Part shown: positions 1-8,776 of the stretch, one piece after another | Numbering within the stretch: position 1 is the first letter of the stretch | Layout: the number at the start of each line of letters is the position of its first letter | Origin: Oscillospiraceae bacterium | GTDB lineage: Bacteria; Bacillota; Clostridia; Oscillospirales; CAG-272 | NCBI GenBank assembly: GCA_015063395.1 | Contig: SVUF01000003.1 | Coordinates: 1-43,948 of the forward strand | DNA length: 43,948 bases | Direction of reading: 5' to 3' | Translations under genes and position numbers: made by a program | Notes under the pieces: model-generated | What the model was told of the DNA's origin: nothing | The model's database searches: none | The model's input: the letters and a program-made list of their open reading frames with translations, nothing else

Positions 1-49
1 TTCTGCGATTAGCGTATTCTATATCTGCAAAATTTAACTGTTTTTCCAT
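1..49 (-). CDS. IS5-family transposase, N-terminal fragment (truncated by window edge)
   Basis: Translates as MEKQLNFADIEYANRR, resembling the Q-x-T/S-F-A/S-D-x-E-Y/F...RR N-terminus of IS5 transposases. Not in the ORF track because it is truncated. Confidence 0.75.
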   Translation of the reverse strand, partial: MEKQLNFADIEYANRR

Positions 50-127
50 GTCTTTTCCCCTCTTTCCTTTGGTATCTATATTATACCATATTTTTGAGGC
101 TTTGTCCATGATTTAATCAGCGTTTCC
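1..127 (-). mobile_element. IS5-family (IS5 subgroup) insertion sequence, left end; the rest lies outside the window
   Basis: The minus strand from 127 reads GGAAACGCTGATTAAATC, like a GGA-initiated IS5-subgroup terminal inverted repeat. It is followed by a TGGACA-18-TATAAT promoter, a purine-rich RBS and an ORF with an IS5-type transposase N-terminus. Confidence 0.75.
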
Positions 128-254
128 CCGGGAGGGAGCTGTCAGCGAAGCTGACTGAGGGAGAGTGCGCTACAATGAAGTTAATTCAAACCTAAAGTCA
201 CGCAGGCTCCTTCCGTCACGGCTACGCCGTGCCACCTTCCTCTCGGAGGAAGGC
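128..254. repeat. Inverted doublet of GC-rich REP-like units (palindrome + TG + triloop hairpin + GAGGGAG-type tail)
   Basis: Unit 1 (128-163) is CCGGGAGGGAGC-TG-TCAGC-GAA-GCTGA-CTGAGGGAG. Unit 2 (207-254, reverse) is GCCTTCCTC-CGA-GAGGAAGG-TG-GCACGGC-GTA-GCCGTG-ACGGAAGGAG. Same architecture, opposite orientation. The left palindrome of unit 1 is cut at the IS end. Confidence 0.7.
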
Positions 255-268
255 TTTTCGTTAGCCCC

Positions 269-297
269 ATTATAACACAAATCGGCAGAGAAAACAA
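269..297 (-). promoter_or_regulatory. sigma-A-type promoter pointing into the REP-like doublet
   Basis: Minus strand TTGTTT-17 bp-TATAAT with extended -10 TG. Confidence 0.55.
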
Positions 298-308
298 GTT
301 CTCTGCCG
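283..308. terminator. Hairpin downstream of the DUF3006 operon, overlapping the -35 of the promoter above
   Basis: CGGCAGAGAA-AACAAG-TTCTCTGCCG, a perfect 10-bp stem. Confidence 0.5.
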
Positions 309-388
309 AAATTTTGTGACTGCCATTTCTCCGCTAAGAATGCAGAGAGAACAAACAGCCTTGTTTTTTTGTTTAGCTTGTATAAAAA

Positions 389-589
389 TCAGTTTTTTTC
401 AAAAAGTCCCGTCAGTCTGCTTCTGAGCTTTTCCTTTTTCTCAGCAGTTTCCGACCTTAGAACCTCTATGCTGACGATGTCACCCTCCTTGGCATCCGGC
501 ACAAGGGCTATTGGAATATTGGCAAACCTGCCCTTTTCGATCTCACATACCGCATAGAAGCCTTCAAATCTATCAATTACAACCTTCAT
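389..589 (-). CDS. DUF3006 family small protein
   Basis: MKVVIDRFEGFYAVCE...P.DAKEGD...RLTGLF pattern; typical partner downstream of ComEC-like MBL genes. Start moved to ATG 589 (GAGGA SD). Confidence 0.8.
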   Translation of the reverse strand: MKVVIDRFEGFYAVCEIEKGRFANIPIALVPDAKEGDIVSIEVLRSETAEKKEKLRSRLTGLFEKN

Positions 590-590
590 A

Positions 591-1688
591 TCATTCCTCC
601 GTATCGCATACACCGCAAGGTGTATATCCCTCTTTAATAAGCTCATCCAGTGTCTTTGATGAGTATTCCTTGTTCTCCTCTTTCATGTCTTCGACACTGC
701 TGCATCCCTCTTTGTGAATCTTCATGGTCTTTATATTTAATATCCATTTCAAAACCGAAGTATTTGGCGTATCATCTGGCAGAACCGTGGTTGGAGGTAC
801 TTCTCCCTTTGAGGTTACGATCTCAAACTCATTGCCATCCGTAACAAAAGTTATATTTCCGCAATCATCTGTTCTGAGGATCTTGGTTCCGTTTTTGATC
901 CAACGGTCAACCACCTCTGAATGAGGATGTCCGTATTTATTTGTTTCTGCAACCGAGATCACGCCGTAATCCGCGCCCGTTCGTTTCACGAAATCATCTC
1001 CCGATGAGGTATTGCTGCCGTGGTGACCGATCTTTACAACATCGCAGGCAACCTCCATTCCAAGCTCCTCCTCGGCAAGAGTTTCCGCATCTCCCATAAA
1101 TAAAAACGATTTGCTTTTATAAGTGATCTTCACAACGGATGAGTAATTGTTAAGCTCGTCATATTCCTCGGACACAGGTGAGAGAAACCTTGCTTCAAGC
1201 TCATTGCCGGAAGTGATCACGACACCCTTTTTAGCTTGCTTCAACGGTATATTCTCTCTTTCAATGGTATCAAGAAGCTCCTCAAATGATGAGGTATTGT
1301 TCACCGCATTGGTCATATAGATCTCTCCGATCTCAAATGCCTCAATGATCTTCACCATTCCGCCCATATGATCCGAATGTGGATGAGTCACTACAAGATG
1401 ATCGATCCTGCTATACCCTGCCTTTTGTATAAAATGTATTGCATTTATACTGTCGGCACGTTCACCGGCATCAATAAGCATGCATTTTCCGTCGGGAAAT
1501 TCTATAAATGCCGAATCGCCCTGACCGACATCAATAAAGGTCACCTTGAGTAAGCTGTCCCCGGTCAACACTGATTGTTCTTCTGTGGTTTGGGGCATCT
1601 GTGGATTTCCAAGCTCTATAATGCCGCAGGATGACATTACAAGGGACACTATCAAAAGAAGCACTGTACCTAAAATTATTTTCTTCAT
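591..1688 (-). CDS. ComEC/Rec2-like metallo-beta-lactamase-fold lipoprotein with C-terminal Ada-like Zn-binding domain
   Basis: Lipobox MSSC; FIDVGQGD, THPHSDHMGG, FMGDAE, KIGHHGS, YGHPH motifs; C-terminal H..GC...GYTPCGVC. Start 1688 (alternative 1703). Confidence 0.85.
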   Translation of the reverse strand: MKKIILGTVLLLIVSLVMSSCGIIELGNPQMPQTTEEQSVLTGDSLLKVTFIDVGQGDSAFIEFPDGKCMLIDAGERADSINAIHFIQKAGYSRIDHLVVTHPHSDHMGGMVKIIEAFEIGEIYMTNAVNNTSSFEELLDTIERENIPLKQAKKGVVITSGNELEARFLSPVSEEYDELNNYSSVVKITYKSKSFLFMGDAETLAEEELGMEVACDVVKIGHHGSNTSSGDDFVKRTGADYGVISVAETNKYGHPHSEVVDRWIKNGTKILRTDDCGNITFVTDGNEFEIVTSKGEVPPTTVLPDDTPNTSVLKWILNIKTMKIHKEGCSSVEDMKEENKEYSSKTLDELIKEGYTPCGVCDTEE

Positions 1689-1703
1689 TGCTTTTCCTTT
1701 CAT

Positions 1704-2387
1704 TTACACGATCACAGCCGAGCCGAAATCCGTCAGTGGAAAATTCCTCGGATATTCCGCTTCAAAGCCCTTTGATCTTACAAAATCCAATATTTTCTTT
1801 CCGTCCGGGTGATCCTCTACATTTCCGAAGAACACCGCCGTTTTATCAACAACAAGACTTGCCCCGCCGATGAATCCGTAGTTATACCCGCAAAGCTCAA
1901 TTCCTCCGCTTTGAATTTCCAAAACCTCCACATCAAGCTTACGAAGCGCTGCTCCAATTCCGCCATCGGCAGTAATTGCCCCCTTTGTGCCCAAAAGACA
2001 AACGGAGCATCTTGCATATCCTTGCTTTACATCAATGATCCTCTTACCCGTTTTGATCATTTTCGCTGTAAATTTTTCCTTGCATATAAGGGTTTCGCCA
2101 ACCAAAAGCGCATCAAGATATATATCCTCGGGGTAATCCTTTTTGAAAACCTCATCAACACATTCCACATCCAATGTGCCAAAAATACTCCTGTTTTCCT
2201 CATAATATTCCCGCGGCAAATATAGCTTATTCTCCATTTTGTCCTTGAAAATAAGCATATCCCCATGGGAAGCAACGGGCTTTTGAAGCTTTTTGAAGGG
2301 GGGCAGCTTGATGACTCTGCCATATCCCGAAAGCATCTCTTCAAGCTCCCGAGGTATCTGTTCCGATATAAATATTTTTCTTTCCAT
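1704..2387 (-). CDS. DUF6873-type GME-fold (amidinotransferase-like) protein
   Basis: PVASHGDM, YPEDI, VKQGYARCS, ITADGGI, GYNYGFIGGAS, D.GS motifs of this clostridial family. Confidence 0.7.
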   Translation of the reverse strand: MERKIFISEQIPRELEEMLSGYGRVIKLPPFKKLQKPVASHGDMLIFKDKMENKLYLPREYYEENRSIFGTLDVECVDEVFKKDYPEDIYLDALLVGETLICKEKFTAKMIKTGKRIIDVKQGYARCSVCLLGTKGAITADGGIGAALRKLDVEVLEIQSGGIELCGYNYGFIGGASLVVDKTAVFFGNVEDHPDGKKILDFVRSKGFEAEYPRNFPLTDFGSAVIV

Positions 2388-2395
2388 ATTCTTAT

Positions 2396-2437
2396 AAAAG
2401 GATAATGGACGAGTACATCAGCCTCGTCCATTTATCC
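2396..2437 (-). terminator. Rho-independent terminator after rpmB
   Basis: ATGGACGAG/CTCGTCCAT stem with a T-run on the minus strand. Confidence 0.55.
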
Positions 2438-2457
2438 TATTTGAGAGTTTGTGAGAA

Positions 2458-2652
2458 TTATTTAATCTCGATTTTTCCATTGCGAACCGAACGCAGACAA
2501 CGTGAGCAAACATAAACGGTCTTGTGTGTGCCGTCAACATCAGCCTTGATCTTTCTTACATTGGGTTTCCATGTTCTGTTTGTTTTGCGGTTTGAGTGGG
2601 ATACGTTCTGTCCGAATGTTACTCCCTTTCCGCAGAGTTGACACTTAGCCAT
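2458..2652 (-). CDS. rpmB: 50S ribosomal protein L28
   Basis: MAKCQLCGK..FGQNVSHSNRKTNRTWKPN...VCSRCLRS. Confidence 0.97.
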   Translation of the reverse strand: MAKCQLCGKGVTFGQNVSHSNRKTNRTWKPNVRKIKADVDGTHKTVYVCSRCLRSVRNGKIEIK

Positions 2653-2709
2653 TGTTTGTTACCTCCAGTTTATTCGAAAGAAATTGTTTTCATACAAATC
2701 ACAACGATG

Positions 2710-2738
2710 ATTATATCATATTTTTTTCAAAATTGCAA
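2710..2738 (-). promoter_or_regulatory. sigma-A promoter of rpmB
   Basis: TTGCAA-17-TATAAT with extended -10 TG. Confidence 0.7.
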
Positions 2739-2781
2739 TAGTTTTTTCAAAATATTTTTCGCAACTTTTTATTTTTTTTGC

Positions 2782-3552
2782 TTATTTTTCAGAGTCCTCT
2801 GTTTTTTCCTTCTTTTTAAAGGATATCTTGTTTTCAGTTTTGTTCATTACTCTTGCCATATTCTTGCGATGCAGATATACCACAAGCACCGCCATGGCAA
2901 TTGAGCTTACAGTTGCCAAAAACGGCGGAAACACCTCACCCTTAACAGATGGGAAATGGAGTAATTTATACATACTTGAAGCAAGTACAGGGAACATTAC
3001 AAGTGCAAAAACGGATCCTAAGGATACATATCTTGTCATTGCTACGGTTGCAACAAATATAACCGCGCACACAAGGAATATTACAGGCTCAAGGAAAAGA
3101 ATTACTGCAGATGCACATGCAACTCCCTTGCCGCCCTTAAATCCGTAAAACACGGGAAATGCATGACCGAGCATACACATAAAACCTGCAACATATCCAA
3201 AAGCCTCACCGCCGATTATAATTCCTATAATAACCGACAAAGCCGCCTTCAAAAAATCTCCGAGATATGTGAGAGCAGCCGCGCCCTTACCGTAGGTTCT
3301 CAGCATATTGGTTGCCCCGGCATTTCCGCTTCCGTGAGTTCTTACATCATCCTTATACTTGAACTTTGAAAGTATGATTCCGAAATTAATGCTTCCAAAA
3401 TAATATCCCATTACCGCAACTGCAGCAAGACAAAGAATATAGGGCACTATTTCAAAGGAGATATATTCAATTCCGTCCTCATATCTTATATTTCCGATCC
3501 ATTGCTTCAAAAAGCCGTAATCGTATTTCAATTTGCTAAAAGCCTCAAACAT
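2782..3552 (-). CDS. plsY: Glycerol-3-phosphate 1-O-acyltransferase PlsY (N-terminally extended)
   Basis: GYYFGS, DVRTHGSGNAGATNMLR, GHAFPVFYGFKGGKGVA, RYVSLGS, HRKNM motifs; follows der. Confidence 0.95.
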   Translation of the reverse strand: MFEAFSKLKYDYGFLKQWIGNIRYEDGIEYISFEIVPYILCLAAVAVMGYYFGSINFGIILSKFKYKDDVRTHGSGNAGATNMLRTYGKGAAALTYLGDFLKAALSVIIGIIIGGEAFGYVAGFMCMLGHAFPVFYGFKGGKGVACASAVILFLEPVIFLVCAVIFVATVAMTRYVSLGSVFALVMFPVLASSMYKLLHFPSVKGEVFPPFLATVSSIAMAVLVVYLHRKNMARVMNKTENKISFKKKEKTEDSEK

Positions 3553-3570
3553 AGTATCGTCCAGCCTCCA

Positions 3571-4902
3571 TCACTTTTTTTCGTCGCCCTTTTCCCTGAT
3601 GACAAGCTTGATCGGTGTGCCTTCAAATCCGAACACACGGCGCAAGCAGTTTTCAAGGTATCTCTGATACGAGAAATGGAACAGGGTCGCACTGTTACAG
3701 AATACCACAAAGCACGGCGGCTGTGAGCCTGTCTGCGTCATGTAGTATATCTTCAAGTATCTTCCCTTGTCCGAGGGCGGTTGAACTCTTGCCACAGCAT
3801 CAGCAAGAACATCGTTGAGCATTCCCGTTGTCACTCTGATCTTTGACTGCTCTGCAACATGATTGATCAGTGTGAAAAGCTTGTCGATCCTCTGCCCTGT
3901 TTTTGCCGAAACAAATATTACAGGCGCATATTCCATATATGAAAATGCTCTTTTTACATCATCTGTAAAGGCTTTCACTGTGGAGTTGTCCTTTTCAATG
4001 AGATCCCATTTGTTAATGACAAATATTGACGCCTTTCCTGCCTCATGAGCAAGACCCGCAATTTTTTCATCCTGCTCGGTCACTCCCGAGGTTGCATCGA
4101 TCATGATAAGACATACATCGGCTCTTTCCACAGCCATTTTTGCACGAAGAACGCTGAATTTTTCAATTCTGTCCTCAACCTTGCTTTGCTTTCTGATTCC
4201 GGCGGTATCAATGAACACATACTTTCCATGTTCATTTTCAACCTCTGCATCAATTGCATCCCTTGTTGTTCCCGCAATATCGGAAACGATGAGTCTGTTC
4301 TCGCCAAGTATTTTGTTTACAATTGAGCTTTTTCCCGCATTGGGCTTTCCGATTACCGCTACCTTTATGGTATCGTCATCCTTTTCCTCCTCGGCAGCCT
4401 CTGGGAAATACTTGCAGACCTCGTCAAGGAGATCTCCGGTTCCCGTTCCGTGAATTCCCGACATTGGTATGGGATCACTAAGGAAGCCAAGCTCATAAAA
4501 CTCATAAAATTCCGGTGGAAGATTACCGATATTATCCACCTTATTTACCGCAAGAAGCACGGGCTTTTGGCTCCTTACAAGCATTTTGGAAATCTCTCTG
4601 TCATCCCCTGTAACACCTGTATGAACATCGGTTACAAGAACGATAACATCCGCCATATCTATTGCTATCTCCGCTTGAGTTTTGATGTGCTTTAATATGA
4701 TATCATCGGTTTTAGGCTCAATTCCGCCTGTGTCGATCATCAAAAACTGTTTACGGTTCCATTCACATTCATAATAGATTCTATCCCTGGTTACCCCGGG
4801 AATATCCTCAACTATGGACACTCTTTCCCCGGCTATTTTGTTAAATATCGTACTCTTTCCAACATTTGGACGTCCTACGATGGCAACTACCGGCTTAGCC
4901 AT
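3571..4902 (-). CDS. der: Ribosome biogenesis GTPase Der (EngA)
   Basis: Two G-domains (GRPNVGKS/DTGG/NKVD and GKPNAGKS/DTAG/NKWD) plus KH-like C-terminus. Confidence 0.98.
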   Translation of the reverse strand: MAKPVVAIVGRPNVGKSTIFNKIAGERVSIVEDIPGVTRDRIYYECEWNRKQFLMIDTGGIEPKTDDIILKHIKTQAEIAIDMADVIVLVTDVHTGVTGDDREISKMLVRSQKPVLLAVNKVDNIGNLPPEFYEFYELGFLSDPIPMSGIHGTGTGDLLDEVCKYFPEAAEEEKDDDTIKVAVIGKPNAGKSSIVNKILGENRLIVSDIAGTTRDAIDAEVENEHGKYVFIDTAGIRKQSKVEDRIEKFSVLRAKMAVERADVCLIMIDATSGVTEQDEKIAGLAHEAGKASIFVINKWDLIEKDNSTVKAFTDDVKRAFSYMEYAPVIFVSAKTGQRIDKLFTLINHVAEQSKIRVTTGMLNDVLADAVARVQPPSDKGRYLKIYYMTQTGSQPPCFVVFCNSATLFHFSYQRYLENCLRRVFGFEGTPIKLVIREKGDEKK

Positions 4903-4949
4903 ATGGCAACACCTCCTTTGTATTTTGCGGCACTGTCACGCCGCCTTCC

Positions 4950-6251
4950 TTAATCCAATATTCCTTTTATAAATCCTACGCCGTCGGTGTCGTGGATCTC
5001 CACCCTTACACCAAGCTCCCCTTCAATTTCGGGAATGCCAACTCCGTCAAGCATAAGATCGCCCTCATGGCGAAAGCTTACTGTAGGAAGAAGCAATCTT
5101 TCTCCAAGGTGCTTTCCCTTCAGCTGATCTATAAGATCTCTGCCGCATATGAGTCCTGCAACAGTTATGTTTTCGCCAAAAAATTTGTTTTCAATTTTGT
5201 ATACGGTGATTTTAGTATTGACCGCCTTTTCCATCAATCGCTGTGAAAGCTCACATATAAACTCATATGCCGCTTCTCCCGTAGCAATTGAAATATCCCT
5301 GTGCTTTGAAACATCATATTCATCAATGTAATTGACCTCGTCACAGAATTCCTCTTCCATTGATGCGATCATTCCAACTCCGTTTTCGATCTGGGGATAT
5401 CCCTCATAGAAATCTCCGTCAGGAATTTCAAGTCCGCCCTTGATATAAAGCTCATCCGAGGGATAAAATATTCTGCTTCCGTACATTTCACAGCACAGCT
5501 CTCCGTACTCCTCAACGATCCTTACAAGCTCCGCACATTCGCCCTTTGTGAATGGCTCAAGGGGATACAGTCCGCATCTGTGCTTGGTAATTCCCGCAGG
5601 AACAACTGACACGCTTTCCACCATCGGATAGAATACGGCAAGCTCTCTCATTGATCTTTGAAGCTCCCGTCCGTCATTCAGACCCTTGCAAATTACAAGC
5701 TGACAGTTCATTCTGATTCCGTTATCAGCAAGCTTCTTGATCCTTTCAAGAATGTTACCCGCAAATCTATTGTTCATCATCTTCACCCGAAGCTCCGGGT
5801 TTGTTGTGTGAACCGAAATGTTCACCGGGCTCATTTTCATTTTGATGATCCTGTCTATATCCTCATCACTCATGTTGGTCATGGTGATATAGTTTCCCAT
5901 CAAAAACGAAAGCCTTGAGTCATCATCCTTGAAATACAGAGTGTCCCTCATTCCGACGGGCAATTGGTCTATAAAGCAGAAAACACATTTGTTGCGGCAT
6001 GACTTTTTTTCATCCATAAGATAGGTCTGAAAATCAAGTCCTATGTCGTCATATTCACCCTTTTTGATCACAACGTCAAAAAGCTCTGCTTCTCTGTGTA
6101 TTTTCAAGACGACCTTTTTGTTGGTGAGATGAAAACGGTAATCAAGCACGTCTTTTATCTCTTCTCCGTTTATGGATATCAGATAGTCCCCCGCTTTGAT
6201 ACCATGCCTGTGGGCAATTCCGCCCTCAGTAACTAATTCAATTTTTACCAT
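4950..6251 (-). CDS. PDZ + radical-SAM-like Fe-S oxidoreductase (DUF512 family)
   Basis: CRNKCVFC (CxxxCxxC), KDDDSRLSF, QIENGVG; conserved upstream of der in Clostridia. Start 6251 is uncertain (weak SD). Confidence 0.9.
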   Translation of the reverse strand: MVKIELVTEGGIAHRHGIKAGDYLISINGEEIKDVLDYRFHLTNKKVVLKIHREAELFDVVIKKGEYDDIGLDFQTYLMDEKKSCRNKCVFCFIDQLPVGMRDTLYFKDDDSRLSFLMGNYITMTNMSDEDIDRIIKMKMSPVNISVHTTNPELRVKMMNNRFAGNILERIKKLADNGIRMNCQLVICKGLNDGRELQRSMRELAVFYPMVESVSVVPAGITKHRCGLYPLEPFTKGECAELVRIVEEYGELCCEMYGSRIFYPSDELYIKGGLEIPDGDFYEGYPQIENGVGMIASMEEEFCDEVNYIDEYDVSKHRDISIATGEAAYEFICELSQRLMEKAVNTKITVYKIENKFFGENITVAGLICGRDLIDQLKGKHLGERLLLPTVSFRHEGDLMLDGVGIPEIEGELGVRVEIHDTDGVGFIKGILD

Positions 6252-6267
6252 ACACAAAACCCTTGTC

Positions 6268-6317
6268 AAAAAAATACGGGCGGTCCTGAATGCCTGTGCC
6301 TTCGGGAATATCCGCCC
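6268..6317 (-). terminator. Terminator-like hairpin after rpmF
   Basis: GGGCGG...CCGCCC extended stem followed by T7 on the minus strand. Confidence 0.55.
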
Positions 6318-6334
6318 TCATTTTTATTTGCCGA

Positions 6335-6523
6335 TTACTCGTTATCTGCCTTTTCGATAATCACTTTTCCGGCATAAGAACCGCAACTTCTGCATACTCT
6401 ATGGGTAAGGTTGTACTCACCGCACTTAGGGCACTTTACCATTGTGGGAGCGTCCAATCTGAAGTTCGCTGAACGTCTCTTATCGCGTCTTGCTTTTGAA
6501 ACTTTTCTCTTCGGTACTGCCAT
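6335..6523 (-). CDS. rpmF: 50S ribosomal protein L32
   Basis: MAVPKRKVSKARRDKRR...CPKCG...HRVCRSCGSY. Confidence 0.97.
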   Translation of the reverse strand: MAVPKRKVSKARRDKRRSANFRLDAPTMVKCPKCGEYNLTHRVCRSCGSYAGKVIIEKADNE

Positions 6524-6594
6524 GACTATTCCTCCTTGGTTGCATTAAACATTATATTTTTTAAAATTTATTATTTATGATTTTTATAGATCTC

Positions 6595-7101
6595 TCATTC
6601 CTCTGAGAGCTTTTTGAGTGCTTCCGCCCAAACCGAATCTACCTGCTTTTCCTTTGAACAACGACATTTTTCGATGTTAAGGTCGGCACCGCACCCTTGA
6701 CAAAGTCCCTTACAGTCCTCGTCACAAAGATGCTTGGTCGGGAACGACAGAACAAATTCCTCACGGATCTCTTCGTCCGCCTCAAGAAAGCCTCCCTTGA
6801 TCTCAAGATATACGCCTTCTTCATCGTCGTTTTCAATTGTTCCCTCTTTTACAAGAGTACGTGAAAACTGAAATTCATGTCTGCATTTTATTGGCTTTGA
6901 GCATCTGTCGCAATATGTGTCGTATTCTGTATCCGCAGTTATTTCAAGACTGATGTAACCAGCCATGTTCTTGATGATTCCGTGAACATTCAAAGGCTCG
7001 GGAAAGGCAACACCGTAAAAATCATCTTCGATCGTGAGTGGATAATCAAAGGAAATCTCTTTTTGTTGTCCTGCCAAAACATTGGATAGATCAAGCTTCA
7101 T
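6595..7101 (-). CDS. yceD: YceD/DUF177 family protein
   Basis: CDRC and P...LCDEDCKGLCQGCGADLN..C.C motifs; directly upstream of rpmF. Confidence 0.9.
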   Translation of the reverse strand: MKLDLSNVLAGQQKEISFDYPLTIEDDFYGVAFPEPLNVHGIIKNMAGYISLEITADTEYDTYCDRCSKPIKCRHEFQFSRTLVKEGTIENDDEEGVYLEIKGGFLEADEEIREEFVLSFPTKHLCDEDCKGLCQGCGADLNIEKCRCSKEKQVDSVWAEALKKLSEE

Positions 7102-7142
7102 TCTTCAACCTCATATACGTTACACAATTTGTCACAATGATT

Positions 7143-7171
7143 ATTATATACGGACTTTCATTTTTTGTCAA
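7143..7171 (-). promoter_or_regulatory. sigma-A promoter of yceD-rpmF
   Basis: TTGACA-17-TATAAT, consensus. Confidence 0.8.
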
Positions 7172-7223
7172 GTGGTTTTTTAACTTTTTTTGTAACATAA
7201 ATAAGAATATTTGCACACTTTGT

Positions 7224-7943
7224 TCACAAAGCAAGTCTCAGCAGCTTCATGATCTTTTTCTCTTCCCTTGAAATTTTAACCTGGGAAAGTCCAAGGACCT
7301 TTCCCGTCATTTGCTGGGATAAATTTTTATAAAATCTCAAATGAATTATCTTCTTTTGCATGTCATCAAGGGTCTTGATGGCTTCCTTCAGCGCCATGGA
7401 ATCCGTAAGCCTGTCAATTTCGTTGGACTCATCGGGGATCACATCGGAAAGCCTGAGTCCGTCCTTATCTCCGCCCACACAGTCAGAAAGAGATTGTATG
7501 GGGCTCGATGCCTCAATGACCTCCGTTATTTCCTCGGGCGTTATTCCGCATATACTTGCAAGCTCCGAGATCCTCGGCTCCCTTGAATTTGTTCTGAGAA
7601 AATTTTCCCTTGCCCTCATCACGCCTGCAGCCCTTGCTTTTATGCTTCTGCTGACCTTCACGGGACCATCATCCCTCAAAAAGCGCAGGATCTCCCCTGT
7701 TATGAGTGGAACTGCATATGTTGAAAATACATTTCCATAGGAAAAATCAAAGCTCCTTGCCGCTTTTATCATCCCGATTGAACCGATCTGCACAAGATCC
7801 TCATATTCCACACCTCTGTCATGAAACCTCACGACAATGCTTTTTACAAGTCCCATATTTTCCTTTACAAGCTCCTCAAGAGCAGCTTCATCTCCCGCCG
7901 CTATTCTTTCAAGCAACAGATGGTTACGATTTTCCTGTGCCAA
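7224..7943 (-). CDS. sigF: Sporulation sigma factor F
   Basis: EDLVQIGSIGMIKA, FSTYAVPLITGEILRFLRDDGPVKVSRS, SQVKISREEK; third gene of the spoIIA operon; TTG start with AGGAGG SD. Confidence 0.9.
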   Translation of the reverse strand: MAQENRNHLLLERIAAGDEAALEELVKENMGLVKSIVVRFHDRGVEYEDLVQIGSIGMIKAARSFDFSYGNVFSTYAVPLITGEILRFLRDDGPVKVSRSIKARAAGVMRARENFLRTNSREPRISELASICGITPEEITEVIEASSPIQSLSDCVGGDKDGLRLSDVIPDESNEIDRLTDSMALKEAIKTLDDMQKKIIHLRFYKNLSQQMTGKVLGLSQVKISREEKKIMKLLRLAL

Positions 7944-7962
7944 CTTACGCCTCCTTGGCTGT

Positions 7963-8394
7963 TCAAGACAGCTTTTTATAAAGCGTCACCGTTGTTCCCG
8001 AGCCCACCTTTGACTTTACAGTCATTTTATCCATGAAGCTTTCCATTATTGCAAATCCCATGCCGCCTCTTTCACCGCTTTCATCAGTGGTATAAAGAGG
8101 CTCCTTGCATTTCTCGATATCCTCAATTCCGCATCCTCTATCCTTTATCTTCAGAACAACAGTGCGGTCGGTATAATATTTGACGCTTATGTATATGGTC
8201 CCCTCGGCATTCCTATACCCGTGGACAATGGCATTTGTCACTGCCTCCGAAAGAGCGGTCCTTATGTCCGCAAGCTCGGGGATTGTCGGATCAAGAGCTG
8301 TAATGAACGCGCAAACCGATGTTCTTGAAAATCTTTCATTTTCGGATTTTGACATGATCTTCATGCTGAATTCATTCTGAAGCTTTCTTTTCAT
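7963..8394 (-). CDS. spoIIAB: Anti-sigma F factor / serine kinase SpoIIAB
   Basis: SENERFSR, TALSEAVTNAIVHGY, D.G.GI, ERGGMGFAIMESFMD, GSGTTV. Start moved to 8394. Confidence 0.95.
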   Translation of the reverse strand: MKRKLQNEFSMKIMSKSENERFSRTSVCAFITALDPTIPELADIRTALSEAVTNAIVHGYRNAEGTIYISVKYYTDRTVVLKIKDRGCGIEDIEKCKEPLYTTDESGERGGMGFAIMESFMDKMTVKSKVGSGTTVTLYKKLS

Positions 8395-8776
8395 TTTCTG
8401 CTGTACTCCTTTCCTTATAGGAAACATTTTTTACCTTTAATACACTTCCTACAGGCTTTGCACTCTGTATCTTTATAAACTTGTCCACCCCGGAAAGCTT
8501 TAAGATCTTCATGATCTCCCCTGTTGGATCCTTGATTATCAAGGTTGAACCCATATCCTTGATCTTTGTATACCTGCCAAGTATCAATCCAAGCCCCGAG
8601 CTGTCCATAAAATCTATACCCGAAAGATCAAGAAATACCCTTGGGGCTCTGTAAAAAAACACATCTCTGTCAATCATTTCTCTGATCTTGCCCGCACTGT
8701 GATGGTCCACTTCTCCCCTTATTTTCACCAACAAGTCTTCACCGCAAAGCTCACTGTAAACCTCGGCTTCCTTCAT
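8372..8776 (-). CDS. spoIIAA: Anti-anti-sigma F factor SpoIIAA (STAS)
   Basis: GEVDHHSA, DFMDSSGLGLILGRY with phosphoacceptor Ser. Confidence 0.95.
   Translation of the reverse strand: MKEAEVYSELCGEDLLVKIRGEVDHHSAGKIREMIDRDVFFYRAPRVFLDLSGIDFMDSSGLGLILGRYTKIKDMGSTLIIKDPTGEIMKILKLSGVDKFIKIQSAKPVGSVLKVKNVSYKERSTAENEKKASE

Noticed and set aside
3552-3573. In-frame stop-then-gene junctions (der-plsY, 1703/1704, 39953/39954, rpsB-tsf) suggesting readthrough or recoding
   Set aside because: Where the family is known, the upstream protein ends at its normal C-terminus. The downstream genes have their own SD, and same-frame neighbours are expected about one time in three.
8372-8470. C-terminal extension of SpoIIAA overlapping spoIIAB
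   Set aside because: A motif-free tail most simply explained by stop-codon drift; both genes are intact.
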